Source: Eledone cirrhosa (lineage: Eukaryota). Taken from it: a stretch of DNA of 64,000 bases. The first letter of the stretch is position 1; each line of letters starts with the position of its first letter. The notes under the pieces are model-generated. The model was given only the letters and a program-made list of their open reading frames with translations, was not told where the DNA came from and searched no databases. The stretch is taken from NCBI GenBank assembly GCA_964016885.1, contig OZ024740.1:384152001-384216000 (forward strand), written 5' to 3'. Below are positions 1-12,911 of the stretch, piece after piece. A program made the translations under genes and the position numbers.

Positions 1-230
1 GGATTCCTTCTAGAGTTAAATAAATGATCAAGAAGGTTATGTTCCTTAGTATAGAAATTTCCTTTTTGGTGCTGGTCGTGAAAAAAAGCTATCCATCTAA
101 GCCTTCTCGTAAAGGAGTCAGTTTTTTCAATCAGAAGTTTGGTGAAACCAGATTTACCAGGTATAGGAATGTCTTTAGTTGAAGTGGTTATTTGTAATAA
201 TCTAGGTTGTAGAAGAAAAATTAAAGACCA
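1..230 (-). mobile_element. N-terminal part of a Penelope-like element ORF, continuing off the left edge
   Basis: Manual minus-strand translation reads ...STKDIPIPGKSGFTKLLIEKTDSFTRRLRWIAFFHDQH..., matching the PLE N-terminal pattern (S.K.IPIP...LIEK.ESF.RR.RW.AFF). There is no ATG after the in-frame TGA at ~231. It lies directly downstream of an HHR-bearing pLTR. Confidence 0.7.
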
Positions 231-409
231 TCAAAAGGTATCCGATATGAGGGTTAGCGCTCAAACAGTTAAGGAGCAAGTTAATGTAGGAGTAGAGTTT
301 TATTGTAGCACAATGAAGCAATGCAAATATCGGATAAGTAGCACTCTACAGTTTGTAGGACTGGAGTATAAATAATATAAGATCAAAAGTGGGTTAAAAG
401 AGTTCAAAG

Positions 410-480
410 TATTTTATTATGCGCATTTCAAAAACAAATATCATCATGGGATGATATCTGCGTTTTCATCAGATAAAATA
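410..480 (-). ncRNA. Type I hammerhead ribozyme in the PLE pLTR
   Basis: Minus strand: stem I UAUUUUAU / CUGAUGA / stem II AAAC-GCAGAUAUCAUC..GAUGAUAUUUGU-UUUU / GAAA / palindromic stem III AUGCGCAU / AUA site / AUAAAAUA (8-bp stem I). Confidence 0.85.
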
Positions 481-733
481 GGGATACATGATATGAAGCT
501 TAAAAAGCACTTGTGAATAGTGAAGTTTTAAATCAACATATGACAAATAATTTAAGATTGATGTATGAGATTGGGAAAAAGTGAGGGGTGTGTGGAAAAG
601 GTAAGGAAGAGGAGGAGATGAGAGTAAAGAATGGTGGGGGAGGAGTATAAACTATTATATAAATTATTTTTCATATGTTGATTTAAAACTTCACTATTCA
701 CAAGTGTTTTTTAAGCTTCATATCATGTATCCC

Positions 734-804
734 TAGTGTATCTGATGAAAACTCGGATATCATCCCATGATGATATTTGTTTTTGAAATGCGCATAATAA
801 AATA
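734..804 (+). ncRNA. Second hammerhead copy in the inverted arm (stem I partly mutated)
   Basis: CTGATGA at 742-748, GAAA at 785-788, then TGCGCATA and ATAAAATA. The 5' stem I strand reads TAGTGTAT (two substitutions). Confidence 0.75.
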
Positions 805-924
805 CATGGAACTCTTTTCACCATCTTTTGACCTTATATTATTTATACTCCAGTCCTACAAACTGTAGACTGCTACTTATCCGATATTTGCATTGCTTTA
901 AACTTACCTCCTACACACACACCC

Positions 925-975
<51 letters not shown>

Positions 976-1073
976 ATTGAGGTTGGTAATGGCACATGGA
1001 ATATATAAGAGACAGAATACTTTTTTGTGAGAAAACATAATTTTATAAGGTAAGGAAATAATAAAGGGTATAA

Positions 1074-1122
1074 AAAATGACCGGTTTCGATGGGTCTGCA
1101 AAAGCCATCTTTTCAAATGTTG
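1074..1122 (-). ncRNA. Minimal hammerhead with U3-A8 variant core (left arm)
   Basis: AACAU-UUGAAAA-GAUGG(CUUUUGCAGAC)CCAUC-GAAA-CCGG-UC-AUUUU; palindromic stem III ACCGGU. Confidence 0.7.
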
Positions 1123-1439
1123 ATTAATATTAAGAAAAATTAATAATACGAAGAGTTAAAATTTGAGACTTGAAAATTCAAGTATAAAATTCATTGTGGG
1201 ATTTCATAGCAGTTTTCATCTAGGTAGCAACAGCAGGTTGACTGCTGTGTCCCTTTCTGGTAGTGAATGAGAAGTTATTTGGGGTGTGGGTTATTTTATA
1301 AAGGTCAGATTTAGCAATCACCAACTGGCCAGCTGCTGGTCAGTGAGGGGGTGGAAGCAATATACATACACATATCTTCCTGTGATGGGTAGGAGAGTGG
1401 AGCGTGATAGAAAGGGATTTAGTGCACTTACACCTATAT

Positions 1440-1603
1440 ATACACACATACCTTCATCCACACATACATACATATACATATACATATATATATATATATA
1501 TACATATACACACATACATACACACACACCTACATATACACCCATACATACACACACACATACATATACATACACACATACACACACACACATATATACA
1601 CAT

Positions 1604-1674
<71 letters not shown>

Positions 1675-1741
1675 TATATATATACTTACACATACATCCA
1701 GATACACACATACATACACACACACACACATATATATATAT

Positions 1742-1777
<36 letters not shown>

Positions 1778-1880
1778 TCACACACACCCACACATACATA
1801 CACACACACACACACATATATATATACATACACACATACAAACATACACACACACACATATATATACACACATACACACA

Positions 1881-1915
<35 letters not shown>

Positions 1916-1961
1916 GCATATATATATATATATATACACATACGCATACATCCAGATACCC

Positions 1962-2004
<43 letters not shown>

Positions 2005-2115
2005 CAATACATACACCCACATGCACACACATACACACACATATACACATACATACACCCACACACAGAGAAATGGCCTTCAAATATATATATATATATA
2101 TACATACAGACACAT
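1440..2115. repeat. Compound (CA)/(TA)/(CATA) microsatellite inside the PLE arm, mirrored at ~3115-3790
   Basis: The same interruptions (e.g. CATCCAGATAC) occur in both arms, with differences in unit number. Confidence 0.9.
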
Positions 2116-2401
2116 ATTTTTTCCATAATATAAGAAGTTGGGGCAGTGAAATTAAAATACAAGTCATTCTGATCACATTGATTTCTTCATGTAGATTGGG
2201 CCCCGCAACCGACAGTGGTGAATTCTGTGTGCGCATATATATATATAGATATATGTGTGTGCACGTGCAGGGTTTAACATGGATGTGTTGGTCACACAAA
2301 GGCATGGTCTGTCAATGAATAAACCTGATTCTACAGAATTGGTCTCTGGTCTTTAATAGTAGTGATTCCGTGCGTATGTGTGTTTATATTTTATGACAAT
2401 T

Positions 2402-2752
2402 CTATTGGGGTGATAACCCGTTTAGTTTTGGTTTAAATTTGTTAAGGAATAGATTTTCTTTGTTTATTCTTTGTTGTTGTGTGAACGAATCTGAGCACTT
2501 GTAGAAGGGGAAGATTTTAAAGTTGGGTAGTGTCATTCCTGCGCAGTTCGCAATATGGCTGCTCAAGGGGATTTTTCTTGTGTTAGCGTCCCGGATTTGT
2601 TGGCGGTGGATGGTCATTCTTTTGCGTAATGAGGTGCCCGTCTGTCCTATGTAGTTGTGTTTGCACCCACCGCAAGTTATTGCGTAAATCAAGTTCTCCG
2701 AGTTGCAGGTGAAATTGTTTTTTACTGTAAATGTTTGGCCATCTTTGTTTGG
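2402..2752 (-). pseudogene. C-terminal GIY-YIG endonuclease domain of a PLE (5'-truncated)
   Basis: FTCNSENLIYAITCGGCKHNYIGQTGTSLRKRMTIHRQQIR...SSHIANC...RINKENLFLNKFKPKLN: GIY/YIG pair, CxxC, R and H residues, terminal E..N. The first ~14 codons of the track ORF come from the inverted arm. Confidence 0.9.
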
Positions 2753-3304
2753 CCAACAACAAAGAATAAACAAAGAAAATATATTCCTTAACAAATTTAA
2801 ACCAAAACTAAACGGGTTATCACCCCAATAGAATTGTCATAAAATATAAACACACATACGCACGGAATCACTACTATTAAAGACCAGAGACCAATTCTGT
2901 AGAATCAGGTTTATTCATTGACAGACCATGCCTTTGTGTGACCAACACATCCATGTTAAACCCTGCACGTGCACACACATATATCTATATATATATGCGC
3001 ACACAGAATTCACCACTGTCGGTTGCGGGGCCCAATCTACATGAAGAAATCAATGTGATCAGAATGACTTGTATTTTAATTTCACTGCCCCAACTTCTTA
3101 TATTATGGAAAAAATATATGTGTCTGTATGTATATATATATATATATATTTGAAGGCCATTTCTCTGTGTGTGGGTGTATGTATGTGTATATGTGTGTGT
3201 ATGTGTGTGCATGTGGATGTATGTATTGTGTGTGCGTGTGTGTGTGTGTGTGTATGTATGTGGGTATCTGGATGTATGCGTATGTGTATATATATATATA
3301 TATA

Positions 3305-3344
<40 letters not shown>

Positions 3345-3398
3345 TGTGTGTATGTGTGTATATATATGTGTGTGTGTGTATGTTTGTATGTGTGTATG

Positions 3399-3429
<31 letters not shown>

Positions 3430-3443
3430 ATGTATGTGTGGGG

Positions 3444-3521
<78 letters not shown>

Positions 3522-3564
3522 ATGTATGTGTGTATCTGGATGTATGTGTATGTATATATATATA

Positions 3565-3623
<59 letters not shown>

Positions 3624-4105
3624 ATGTGTATATATGTGTGTGCGTATGTGTGTATGTATATGTATGTGTGTGTATGTATGTGTGTATATGTATGTGTGTG
3701 TGTATGTATGTGTGTATATGTATATATATATATATATATATATGTATATGTATATGTATGTATGTGTGGATGAAGGTATGTGTGTATATATAGGTGTAAG
3801 TGCACTAAATCCCTTTCTATCACGCTCCACTCTCCTACCCATCACAGGAAGATATGTGTATGTATATTGCTTCCACCCCCTCACTGACCAGCAGCTGGCC
3901 AGTTGGTGATTGCTAAATCTGACCTTTATAAAATAACCCACACCCCAAATAACTTCTCATTCACTACCAGAAAGGGACACAGCAGTCAACCTGCTGTTGC
4001 TACCTAGATGAAAACTGCTATGAAATCCCACAATGAATTTTATACTTGAATTTTCAAGTCTCAAATTTTAACTCTTCGTATTATTAATTTTTCTTAATAT
4101 TAATC

Positions 4106-4153
4106 ACCATTTGAAAAGATGGCTTTTGCAGACCCATCGAAACCGGTCATTTT
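4106..4153 (+). ncRNA. Minimal hammerhead with U3-A8 variant core (right arm)
   Basis: TTGAAAA at 4111-4117, stem II GATGG/CCATC, GAAACCGGTC at 4139-4148. Confidence 0.7.
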
Positions 4154-4287
4154 TTATACCCTTTATTATTTCCTTACCTTATAAAATTATGTTTTCTCAC
4201 AAAAAAGTATTCTGTCTCATATATTCCATGTGCCATTACCAACCTCAATTTTCTCTATAACCTTCGTTTTGTGGAGAAAATTACACT

Positions 4288-4580
<293 letters not shown>

Positions 4581-4669
4581 CTCAACAACACCACCAGATC
4601 TGTTCCATTCTCCTTCTCTGTCTCATTTCCCTCTCTCTATGTCTCTCTTCATCTCTATCTTTCCCTCTC

Positions 4670-4730
4670 AGTCCAGAAATAGCCGTCGAAACGGCTTGAG
4701 CTCTGCCGTTGGGGTCATGCCTTTTCCTAT
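4670..4730 (+). mobile_element. PLE pLTR 3' fragment with the 3' half of a hammerhead; same family as 44845-44954
   Basis: AGTCCAGAAATAG-CCGTC-GAAA-CGGC(TTGAGCTCT)GCCG-TT-GGGGTCA, ending at a TA-rich microsatellite. The CUGANGA half is absent. Confidence 0.65.
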
Positions 4731-4735
4731 ATGTA

Positions 4736-4775
<40 letters not shown>

Positions 4776-4845
4776 CACGCACACATTTATATATTTCCGT
4801 ACACACACATATATAGTCCTTCCAGTTTAATTTCCCATATAAATG

Positions 4846-4945
4846 TCTGTATATATTTTAATTATTAAAACATTAATTTTAAGTGAACATGACTTTTTTT
4901 TTTAATTTGAAATGAACGTGTGCCAACGGGTGATGGGTGCTCTAG
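4846..4945 (+). mobile_element. Possible tiny degenerate Helitron remnant
   Basis: TCTGTATATAT start, and a GC-richer subterminal stretch followed by CTAG-T. The hairpin is imperfect. Confidence 0.25.
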
Positions 4946-5299
4946 TTATATATAACATTTTCAGCAGAACATTGTCGAGAAATCCAGTTACATAAGAAAA
5001 CTAAACAACTCCGTTCCACCTCGTGAGACACTTTTCAGCTTGCAATCTCGTGCATCAATGTGGTATTGAAATGTCAGTTTGTGCAGAATATTGGTGTATG
5101 ATGCTGTTGGTAAAATGCAGGCAATAATAAAATAAATAATGGAAAAAAAAAGACGAGTGACTTTCGAGAATACAAGAAATAAATACGTAAATATAGTTAC
5201 ACCTTGAAATGAATTAGATGACATACATAAAATTTGATGTATGCAACATGAACACGCTGGAAAAATCAAAAAAAGATTGATTTACCTCAATAGAACAAG

Positions 5300-5690
5300 G
5301 TTGCCTTTACATATTGCATATTTTAGGTCTGGCCAACGTAATGTCTTCTGAAAATTAATAATTATTATGTTACGTTTGATTTTACTCTGTCGATCAAAAT
5401 ATTGTGGGTTGTGTTTACCAGGAAACTCTTACTTCCGTGCAGTAGCTCTCGAAGTATTCCAATATTAGATATTTTGTTTCGGTAGAATACTGTGATTAAC
5501 GTAAATGTTGCACCCGTTTTTGTAAGCATCTATAATGTTATTTTAAGGAGCCTGTTCTGTAACGAAACCCACGCTGTAGGACCAATTGCCACAGGAGAGG
5601 AATAACCTCGATATCTTCCTAGTGAAGAATAGAAGTGTCATCCACATCGCATTGGAATAACGAGATTTACCTTTTTGGGGTCTGATACTA
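5300..5690 (-). pseudogene. Highly degenerate PLE RT/EN remnant
   Basis: Minus-strand fragments DVDDTSIL (cf. YVDDTF, ~5645) and HYVGQT (~5335), with many stops and large deletions. Confidence 0.35.
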
Positions 5691-5949
5691 TTAGGTATAA
5701 ATATATTTATTCATATGTTCCATGTATACAAAACCTACAATTGCATGATCACAAAAAAAAAAAAAACGTTTCACGACAGAATTCAGGGTCAAATTGATCG
5801 ATCGAAAAATATTCACAGCAACTCCCTATATAGAAAATATCCAAGTGGAATAACTATATTTAAAAAGTATACCGATAAATCAGGAGCAAAGAATATCTAT
5901 AGAAGTCGGGTTTCCACAAAGGTTTCGTCTACTCCAAAAGTTGTGTGAC

Positions 5950-6250
5950 TCGAGCCAATAGGAAAATACACTTGTCCAAGGTACCACAAACCCTTGGCAG
6001 TCAGGGATCACTGCCTGCTTAATGCATTGTATAATAAATCTCTCAAATGTTTTTCCTACATTAGGGAACGGGGAAAATGACATACAATTGCTAATTTGTT
6101 CTTGCACACACTTAGACAAGCAATCCTTCCACTATTCGAAACTATTCGAACACCTGGAATGTTTCGTTTGGAACATCACTTGGATCAACATTCGCAGTCC
6201 TCATGATGTTCTCTCCGGTTTCAAAATGAGTAACTTTCAATGACAGCTTT
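5950..6250 (+). pseudogene. Possible hAT (Buster/Charlie-like) transposase fragment
   Basis: NVFPTL...CTHLDK...F...F..L...W loosely resembles the C-terminal region of Buster transposases. Confidence 0.25.
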
Positions 6251-7840
6251 GATTTTCGAAAACAACCTAAACTCAGAAGGAGCCATTTTTAAACAGTAGA
6301 CAGTTTTGTGAATGAGGGAAATGCGTTGTTTTCGAAGTAAACGGTGGATTAGCTGCAACGAATGAGCTGGGTCAATGTAATGATGCAGCTGCTAGTCTTC
6401 GCTGGACTTATAAATCCGGCATCTTGCGAAGAATGGTATCAGGTAGACGCAATGCTCCTTTGTAACAATTCATTCTTCTTGTGCGTTTAAGTGATATGCA
6501 GCATTTTAGAATTCGAAAACAACAACAACAACAACAACAAAATAGTCAGCAATACCACATACATCTCACCTCTACTTATGACAGTATACAAAAACTCAGG
6601 ATCCTTATTGGTAGTATCAAGCAAACTAAAAATTCGAACAGTTTGTGCTACCGTATCCAACACGCTGGGTACTGAAAGCAATTGCCGCAACCTGTGGGAT
6701 CGCCTAGAGTCGAACTTGTGCATGAATGTATGCAGAGTACTTTTATCACCATAATCTTGTTATTTTCCTGAATTATAAGTAAAGTCTGATGTTTTTCTTT
6801 TCAAAAGACCAGCTATGACTTGATAACTTAAAGCACAGTCATAGCTGTGTTCGGTTATGTATCTGTACTGTATTACAGATAAACATGAAGACCTGCAATT
6901 CTATGATTTTTGTTTTACGAATATTAATATCGTAAGCCATAATCCTCGAAACTATAAATAATCTTCTAAATTACAGAACTTATATTAGATTTGTACATTA
7001 CGTTCTCCAGTTCATTTCAGGCCATATCCACTCACATTCCGTATTTTCTATATCTTCCACAATTTCATTTAATTGCAATAATTAGACATATCTTCTTTGC
7101 TTATTTCCTTTTAGATGTTATACCATCCAAAAACTGAGATGTATCTAAGAATTGCATGGATAAAGTTGGTTAATAAAAGTTTATAAATGCGAGACGTCGC
7201 TTTATTTGTAGATTAATTACTTAAAGTTTCGTGAAGAACGAAGATGACTACGGAAATCGAGTTCATTTAGCTTTGCGGTTGACCATATTTTCCTCCGACC
7301 AATTTAACAACAGGAAGTGGAAATTGTACTATACTTCATTCTAGAGCTCTAAAACATGACAAATTGACGTAGTCGGTTACTATGGTGAACTGGAAAAGCC
7401 GGAATCAATTATGATTTAAATAATGTTAAAAATCGGATTGTTTATTCGTGAGCCAATGTAGATACTGATTTAAAGTTGTATTGGAATAAAGTGGAGATGT
7501 TACATTCAATACTTCTTAGTCAACGATTGTTGCTATATTTTAAATCATATTACTCACTTATTGAGGAGATCTAACATCAAAATCATTCCAGCTATGACTT
7601 TTCCGTTTTTGTTTTGTTTGTTTTTTGTCTATATTAGAATACATATTTACATCATCTAATATGCCATATTCTTTTTTTAAGATAATAGTGTTATTTATGG
7701 GTTATTCGATTGCTATTTCTAGCTGAAAGATTGATCGCATATGATGTCAACACTAATTGGTTTTCAAAGGTGAATGTATGCCTCAAGATATGTTGAGTCC
7801 CTTATGTCTTTTGCAAAATGAAAATGTCTTTGAATATATT

Positions 7841-7972
<132 letters not shown>

Positions 7973-8949
7973 TAGATACAGAATCGATTGAAATAAATTT
8001 GAAGAATTGACATATTTATGTTTGATATATACTATACACATGCTGAATCGATGTTTATGAGTGACATTAAGACTTAACTTGAAGGCCTCTTAAAGAATTC
8101 CAAGTGCTCTACACTAAATATGCATTGTGTTTATCATATCTTGATTACACACACACACCATATATATATATAATATATATATATATATAAACCTATGCAA
8201 ACATAGACAAACATATTTCTATGCATATATATGTGTGTGTGTTTGTGTGTTGGTCGGGGAGGCATGTTCGCGTGCAGGAAAACGTGTCATGTTGAGGGAA
8301 TTTCCTTGGAAATCTATAAATGTTTAAATTGTTCAGACACATTTAATACATAGTTAGTTGTAAAGAATTGAAAAATGATAAAAACTCAGATCATATATTA
8401 ACATAACACGCCGCTTCGAAGCCTTGCTGGACAGGATTGAGAAATCATTGCTCCAGAGGACGGCAAAAGAGACGCGATGGATCAGCCATTCTATCGCACG
8501 GCGCTCACATTTGCAGGTAGCCAACTACACCACGATAACAATGAGAAGGGAAGTTTTGAAAAGAACGCGATGCATACTACGAATACCCATTATAATGTAG
8601 TAAACTATAAACACAATAACACTGATGTATCAGTGAGCACTTCAAAATTATTTGATATATAGGTTGTAATTCATCATACATATTTAAGACAGACATGTAT
8701 TTACATAAAAATATATGTTTAATTAATTTGTAGTTTTTCTAAGCGAAAATTTTATTGAAAATTTGGCGTAAAGATTAGAGCAATGCTCTAAACACTTTGC
8801 AATAGTTGTTGCAATCCCATGAGGTCAACTTTGCTGATCATCGTTTCGTGAGTCTTCTGCGGTTCACTGGTGGAATTGTAAGGGCGTTAAGCAAAATGGT
8901 TTGATGTATTAATTGCCCTCCGTGGTCTATTTGGTTGTTACGCTTATTT

Positions 8950-10030
8950 CTTCACCCGATGTAACACAAACAAATTTTCTTTTGTGTCAGCTCTGAGTTT
9001 ACCTCATTAAATCTTTCGGAATAGGTTCCGATTTAAGAATACTTTCCTCCTTCCAGCAAGTCTAGGAAGCCCAATACAACGTCTAAGACACTAACTTTCC
9101 CTCCATGAATAATGAATTAGAATGTACTCTCCATTTTGGTTAGTGTAGAATTATGTGATGTTGATGGGGGTAGGGTGATTTATTGTTTCAGGTATTACCC
9201 TAGTACTTTTAAGTGTTCCGTTATTTGGTAGGTTAATTTTTGTTTTCTTTTCGTTTTTTGCTTAGACTTTCGTAGTATTTATCACACCTTATTTCTTTCA
9301 TTTCTGAATTTTCTTTATTGATTTCTTTAATGATTTGGAAATTTTTATTTTGCTTTATATATAATTCCTCTGCCGTTTCCCCGTTATTTTTCGTCTCTTG
9401 ATATTCCTATATAAATAGAAAAGGATAAACTAATTTCCTTTGTAACAACTACGGCTGTGGAATATATTATTTGATTTATAGTAGCGATATTGATGCACAC
9501 ATCTGCATTCCTAAAGTCTATTATGGCTAAGTTGGTTTTATTTTTGTTGTTGGTGTTATTTTATCATTAAGTGTTATCTTTGCGAGGTCCATTCGTTGGT
9601 CGATAATAAATTCTTCTATCGACTGATTTTAATCCTTTTTCTATATCCGGCTTTAGATTATTGTCATATTCAAAATTTTCATCGTATTACTATTCTTTTT
9701 AATTCTTAACTGATTCTCATATTGCCATTTATCATATTTTTTTGTTGCTCAATATTCTCTACGACTGCTAGGTTTTGATTAGCTTTGTTTTTGTGATAAA
9801 TACATCTACGTGATTTACATTTTCCTTGTGTTTGACTCTCGAAATTGTGTTGCTTATTGGATTGTATGTCGTTTCTGTTTTCGATGTATACTAGTTCTTC
9901 TGTGTGTTCACATCAAATGCGTATCATCTTCGAGGTTTCGTAAATATCTCTTACATTACGTAGTATACTTGAAACCATAGTTACTTGTCCATGAGGGATA
10001 TTTTCTTCCCAGAAATTATATGTTGATATT
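8950..10030 (-). pseudogene. Possible degenerate PLE ORF N-terminal region
   Basis: A-rich minus strand with frame-broken PINIT-NSTLTK.E...PIPK...LRADTKE, resembling the PLE motif VINLS..LT..E...PTP...L.AD..EF. Confidence 0.3.
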
Positions 10031-10895
10031 TTGGTTTGGAATGTGTATAGGGTAGCTACCCTATACACATTTCGTACGTTTCGTAACTATGTACGTCTTT
10101 TCTATTTTGTTTGCAAGACATGAGTAAAAAAATAACATCCATTGATTTGATTATGATAATTTTCAACACTAACAGGCTTTTACTTTTCTGAAGATGCATA
10201 GTTTTTTTTATTTTTCATGTTTGTAATTTTTATGCAGGGAATTGAAAATATGCATTCCCTTTTCAGCCTGGCGCCAAATTGTTTATAATTTTGTATTGAT
10301 TATGTTTATTTGTGTGGTGACTTGATTCTGTATGAGTGTGATTTTACTTGTGCATGTATATGTGAAGGTTAATCATCCATTAGTACTAACATTACATTTA
10401 TTAGGCGAACATTATAAGATCTCAATAATACATTATTTACACAGGAATTCATAAACATGTTTCAAGGTTGTCGATTTTAATAGATATTATTCGGAGATGT
10501 TTCTTTAACAATGCCAATTGGTATCCATTCCCGTCGGTACTTTCTCGACATCAGTACTATTCTCTTGCTCTCAAACCTGGAACTACCCAATTAATATTAT
10601 TACGATTTAGTTCTTCTTTTCTGACAGACTTATCTTCTTTATGTCGTTTCTTTGTACAGTACAAGGTAATTGTGTGTCCATTGGTTGAGTACAGTGTTTT
10701 CTTTTAATTACTCATGTCTTATATTCAAACTACTCTGCGTAATATGTATGAAATTTTATGCCAGATTCTGGTTGCTTTATCATTCTGATTATTTTTCTGA
10801 TGTAGGATTATATAACTACTGTTTGAAACATACAATGTAATTTTGTCGTGATTTCTGTTTATGAAGCCCTCTACAGCTCGTATATTTATTCTTTA

Positions 10896-11086
10896 CGTGG
10901 ATTGGCATTATCGGTAGAGCGTCGAACAAATTGCTTTGCAGTATAGAGTTACGGCCATGTACGGTTTGAGTTCACATCCCGCCTCGGTTAACTTTGCCTT
11001 TCATCCTTAGGAGTTCGATAAGATAAAATACCAGTAATGCACTGGGGTAATTGCTGGCCTTGTACCAAAAGTAGAAACAATTACTA
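10896..11086 (+). mobile_element. tRNA-derived SINE (full length)
   Basis: A-box-like TGGCATTATCGGTAGAGC, B-box GAGTTCACATCC, core CCTTTCATCCTTAGGAGTTCGATAAGATAAAATACCAG, tail GGCCTTGTACCAAAAGTAGAAACAATT. About ten more copies occur in the window. Confidence 0.85.
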
Positions 11087-11329
11087 TTGTTGTTGTTGAC
11101 ATTGATCTGGTAATTTTGGTAATTATGGCCAGGTTTGAATATGTGGAGGACCAAGCTTTTCCACCCAGAACAAGCAAACACCAACTTATTCAAATACCAC
11201 ATCGAGATAAAGGTGATGAGAGAGGAGGGAAGTGGTGTCAGCAAGTAAATGTTAATAAATGTGGTTGAAATTCATACAAATGTCGGAGTTAAAATAGACA
11301 CACATTAAACATGCATTGTGGAATAGAGT

Positions 11330-12260
11330 AAGAATTTTGCGAAGACATTCATCTTGGTGTCTTTGTCTTCACTTACGCAATGCTTTGGGTCAGCACCATC
11401 AGACACGGCTTCCAGAGGGTCAAATAAGAAGCAACACTCTCCATTTCATCTGACTTGATATCCAAGCAATACCAACTGGTTTTCTTGGCCGTCAAATCTG
11501 TCCCGTGATAATGTTAGTTCCTTAGACATTCTAACCACATGTCCGAAGGATTGGAGCAGTGGATTCTCTATTCGGAGAAGTAGCGACGACTCGAAATAGT
11601 GTGACATCTTTATCTCTGAGCTATGCAAACTACGGAGTAACGTTACTACAAAAACCCTCCAAAGGAACCCCATTTCGGAAGCTTGTATTCGCGATCGTAT
11701 TATCTCGGTCATTACACAAAATTCATTAAACGAACAACGAATTGTAGATAGCTTGCTTGATTTTTATACCTACCTTCAGATGTCAGATTTATAGCTACCT
11801 TCAGATGTCCTCCGCATTATTACACCAACAATGGGGGGAAATTGGCAATATCAGTAGTGTCAGACACCTTGTTTTATAGCATAGAGTTATGGCCCTTCGT
11901 ATTTTGAGTTCAAATCCCCCTGAGGTTAACTGTGCCTTTCATCCTTACGGGGTCGATAAAATAAAGCACCAGTAATACACTGGGGTAATTGCTGGCCTTG
12001 TGCCAAAAGTAAAAACAATTATTGCGCCAAATCCTGCCATTCTTGCTGTCTCTTTTTAGCACGTATCCCCTTTGCTGTTGTTTAGCATTCGACACCCAAT
12101 CTATCGAGCGATGTCGATATCACATTCCGACGCATTATGTAATAGCATGTCGTCTGCAAATTCCAATAGACTGATCATACAACCACCGGTCTTGATACAA
12201 CTTCGAACCTGGCTCCACATATCAATACTGCCTAAGAAGAAGCATTATATATCGAAGCAG
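11330..12260 (-). mobile_element. RTE-clade LINE 3' fragment interrupted by a SINE
   Basis: ISLLEFADDMLL (RT motif, ~12150) and MTEIIRSRIQASEMGFLWRV...LLLRIE..LQSFGHVVRM (RTE C-terminal region). Confidence 0.8.
11834..12023 (+). mobile_element. tRNA-derived SINE
   Basis: GAGTTCAAATCC B box with the same core and tail. Degenerate TSD ATTATTACACCAA/ATTATTGCGCCAA. Confidence 0.85.
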
Positions 12261-12616
12261 TCGTTTTAGGGGATACGTTCAATGTCTCTAAGGCAGCTTG
12301 AATCTTTTGCTTTGGTGTGTCAGGGTTGTGATTTCGGTGCTCCGGACCATTCTATGTGGGCTCTCTACTTTCGGATCCTTTCCATGTATTCTACGAGATC
12401 TACATATTATTACATGTATTTTAACTAAGACATTATCATATCTCTTTCCACTAATTGGTTGTTCTTGCAACTTTTGGATATTCCTTACTAAGCAGCATTA
12501 AACTAATGAAAGTCTCTCTCTCTCTCACGCTCCCTTCCTCTCTTTCTCTCTCTCACTCTCTCTCTCACTCCCTCTCTCTCTCTTTTCTCTCTATTTTCTC
12601 TCTCTCTCTCACTCTC

Positions 12617-12648
<32 letters not shown>

Positions 12649-12649
<1 letters not shown>

Positions 12650-12781
12650 TATTTCTGAAGAAGACGATGGGATTGATCTATAGTATCCAAACTGATAATA
12701 CGGAATTACATAACTAATATTGATTGCTCACTATATCGATTCCTCATTATAAATCGATAGTCTGAAACGATCTTGAAATGA
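12649..12781 (+). ncRNA. Hammerhead-like motif with ~100-nt domain II in a solo PLE pLTR between microsatellites
   Basis: TTATTT-CTGAAGA-AGAC...(ATGGGATTGATCTATAGT/ACTATATCGATTCCTCAT hairpin)...GTCT-GAAA-CGATC-TTG-AAATGA. The cleavage triplet looks mutated. Confidence 0.65.
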
Positions 12782-12831
12782 TGAACTGGTTAACCTCTAA
12801 ACACTTACTTCTGGTTTTATTGTTCACACGC

Positions 12832-12911
<80 letters not shown>

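Larger units (their letters stand above)
287..914. repeat. Inverted pseudo-LTR pair of the left-edge PLE (arms ~287-554 and ~660-914)
   Basis: Arms are reverse complements, e.g. GCAATGCAAATATCGGATAAGTAGCA at ~318 vs TGCTACTTATCCGATATTTGCATTGC at ~871. The right arm ends at a (CA)/(TA)/(GA) microsatellite. Confidence 0.9.

Noticed and set aside
2753-2794. Apparent start of a standalone 130-aa GIY-YIG gene
   Set aside because: The start is a TTG contributed by the antisense inverted arm, so the ORF is a chimeric product of the inversion.
10188-10255. CTGAAGA-TGCATA...TATGCA
   Set aside because: GAAA is not adjacent to the stem and there is no clear stem I/III; too degenerate to call.
10896-10985. 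tRNA gene (A/B boxes)
   Set aside because: No cloverleaf; it is the head of a multi-copy SINE.
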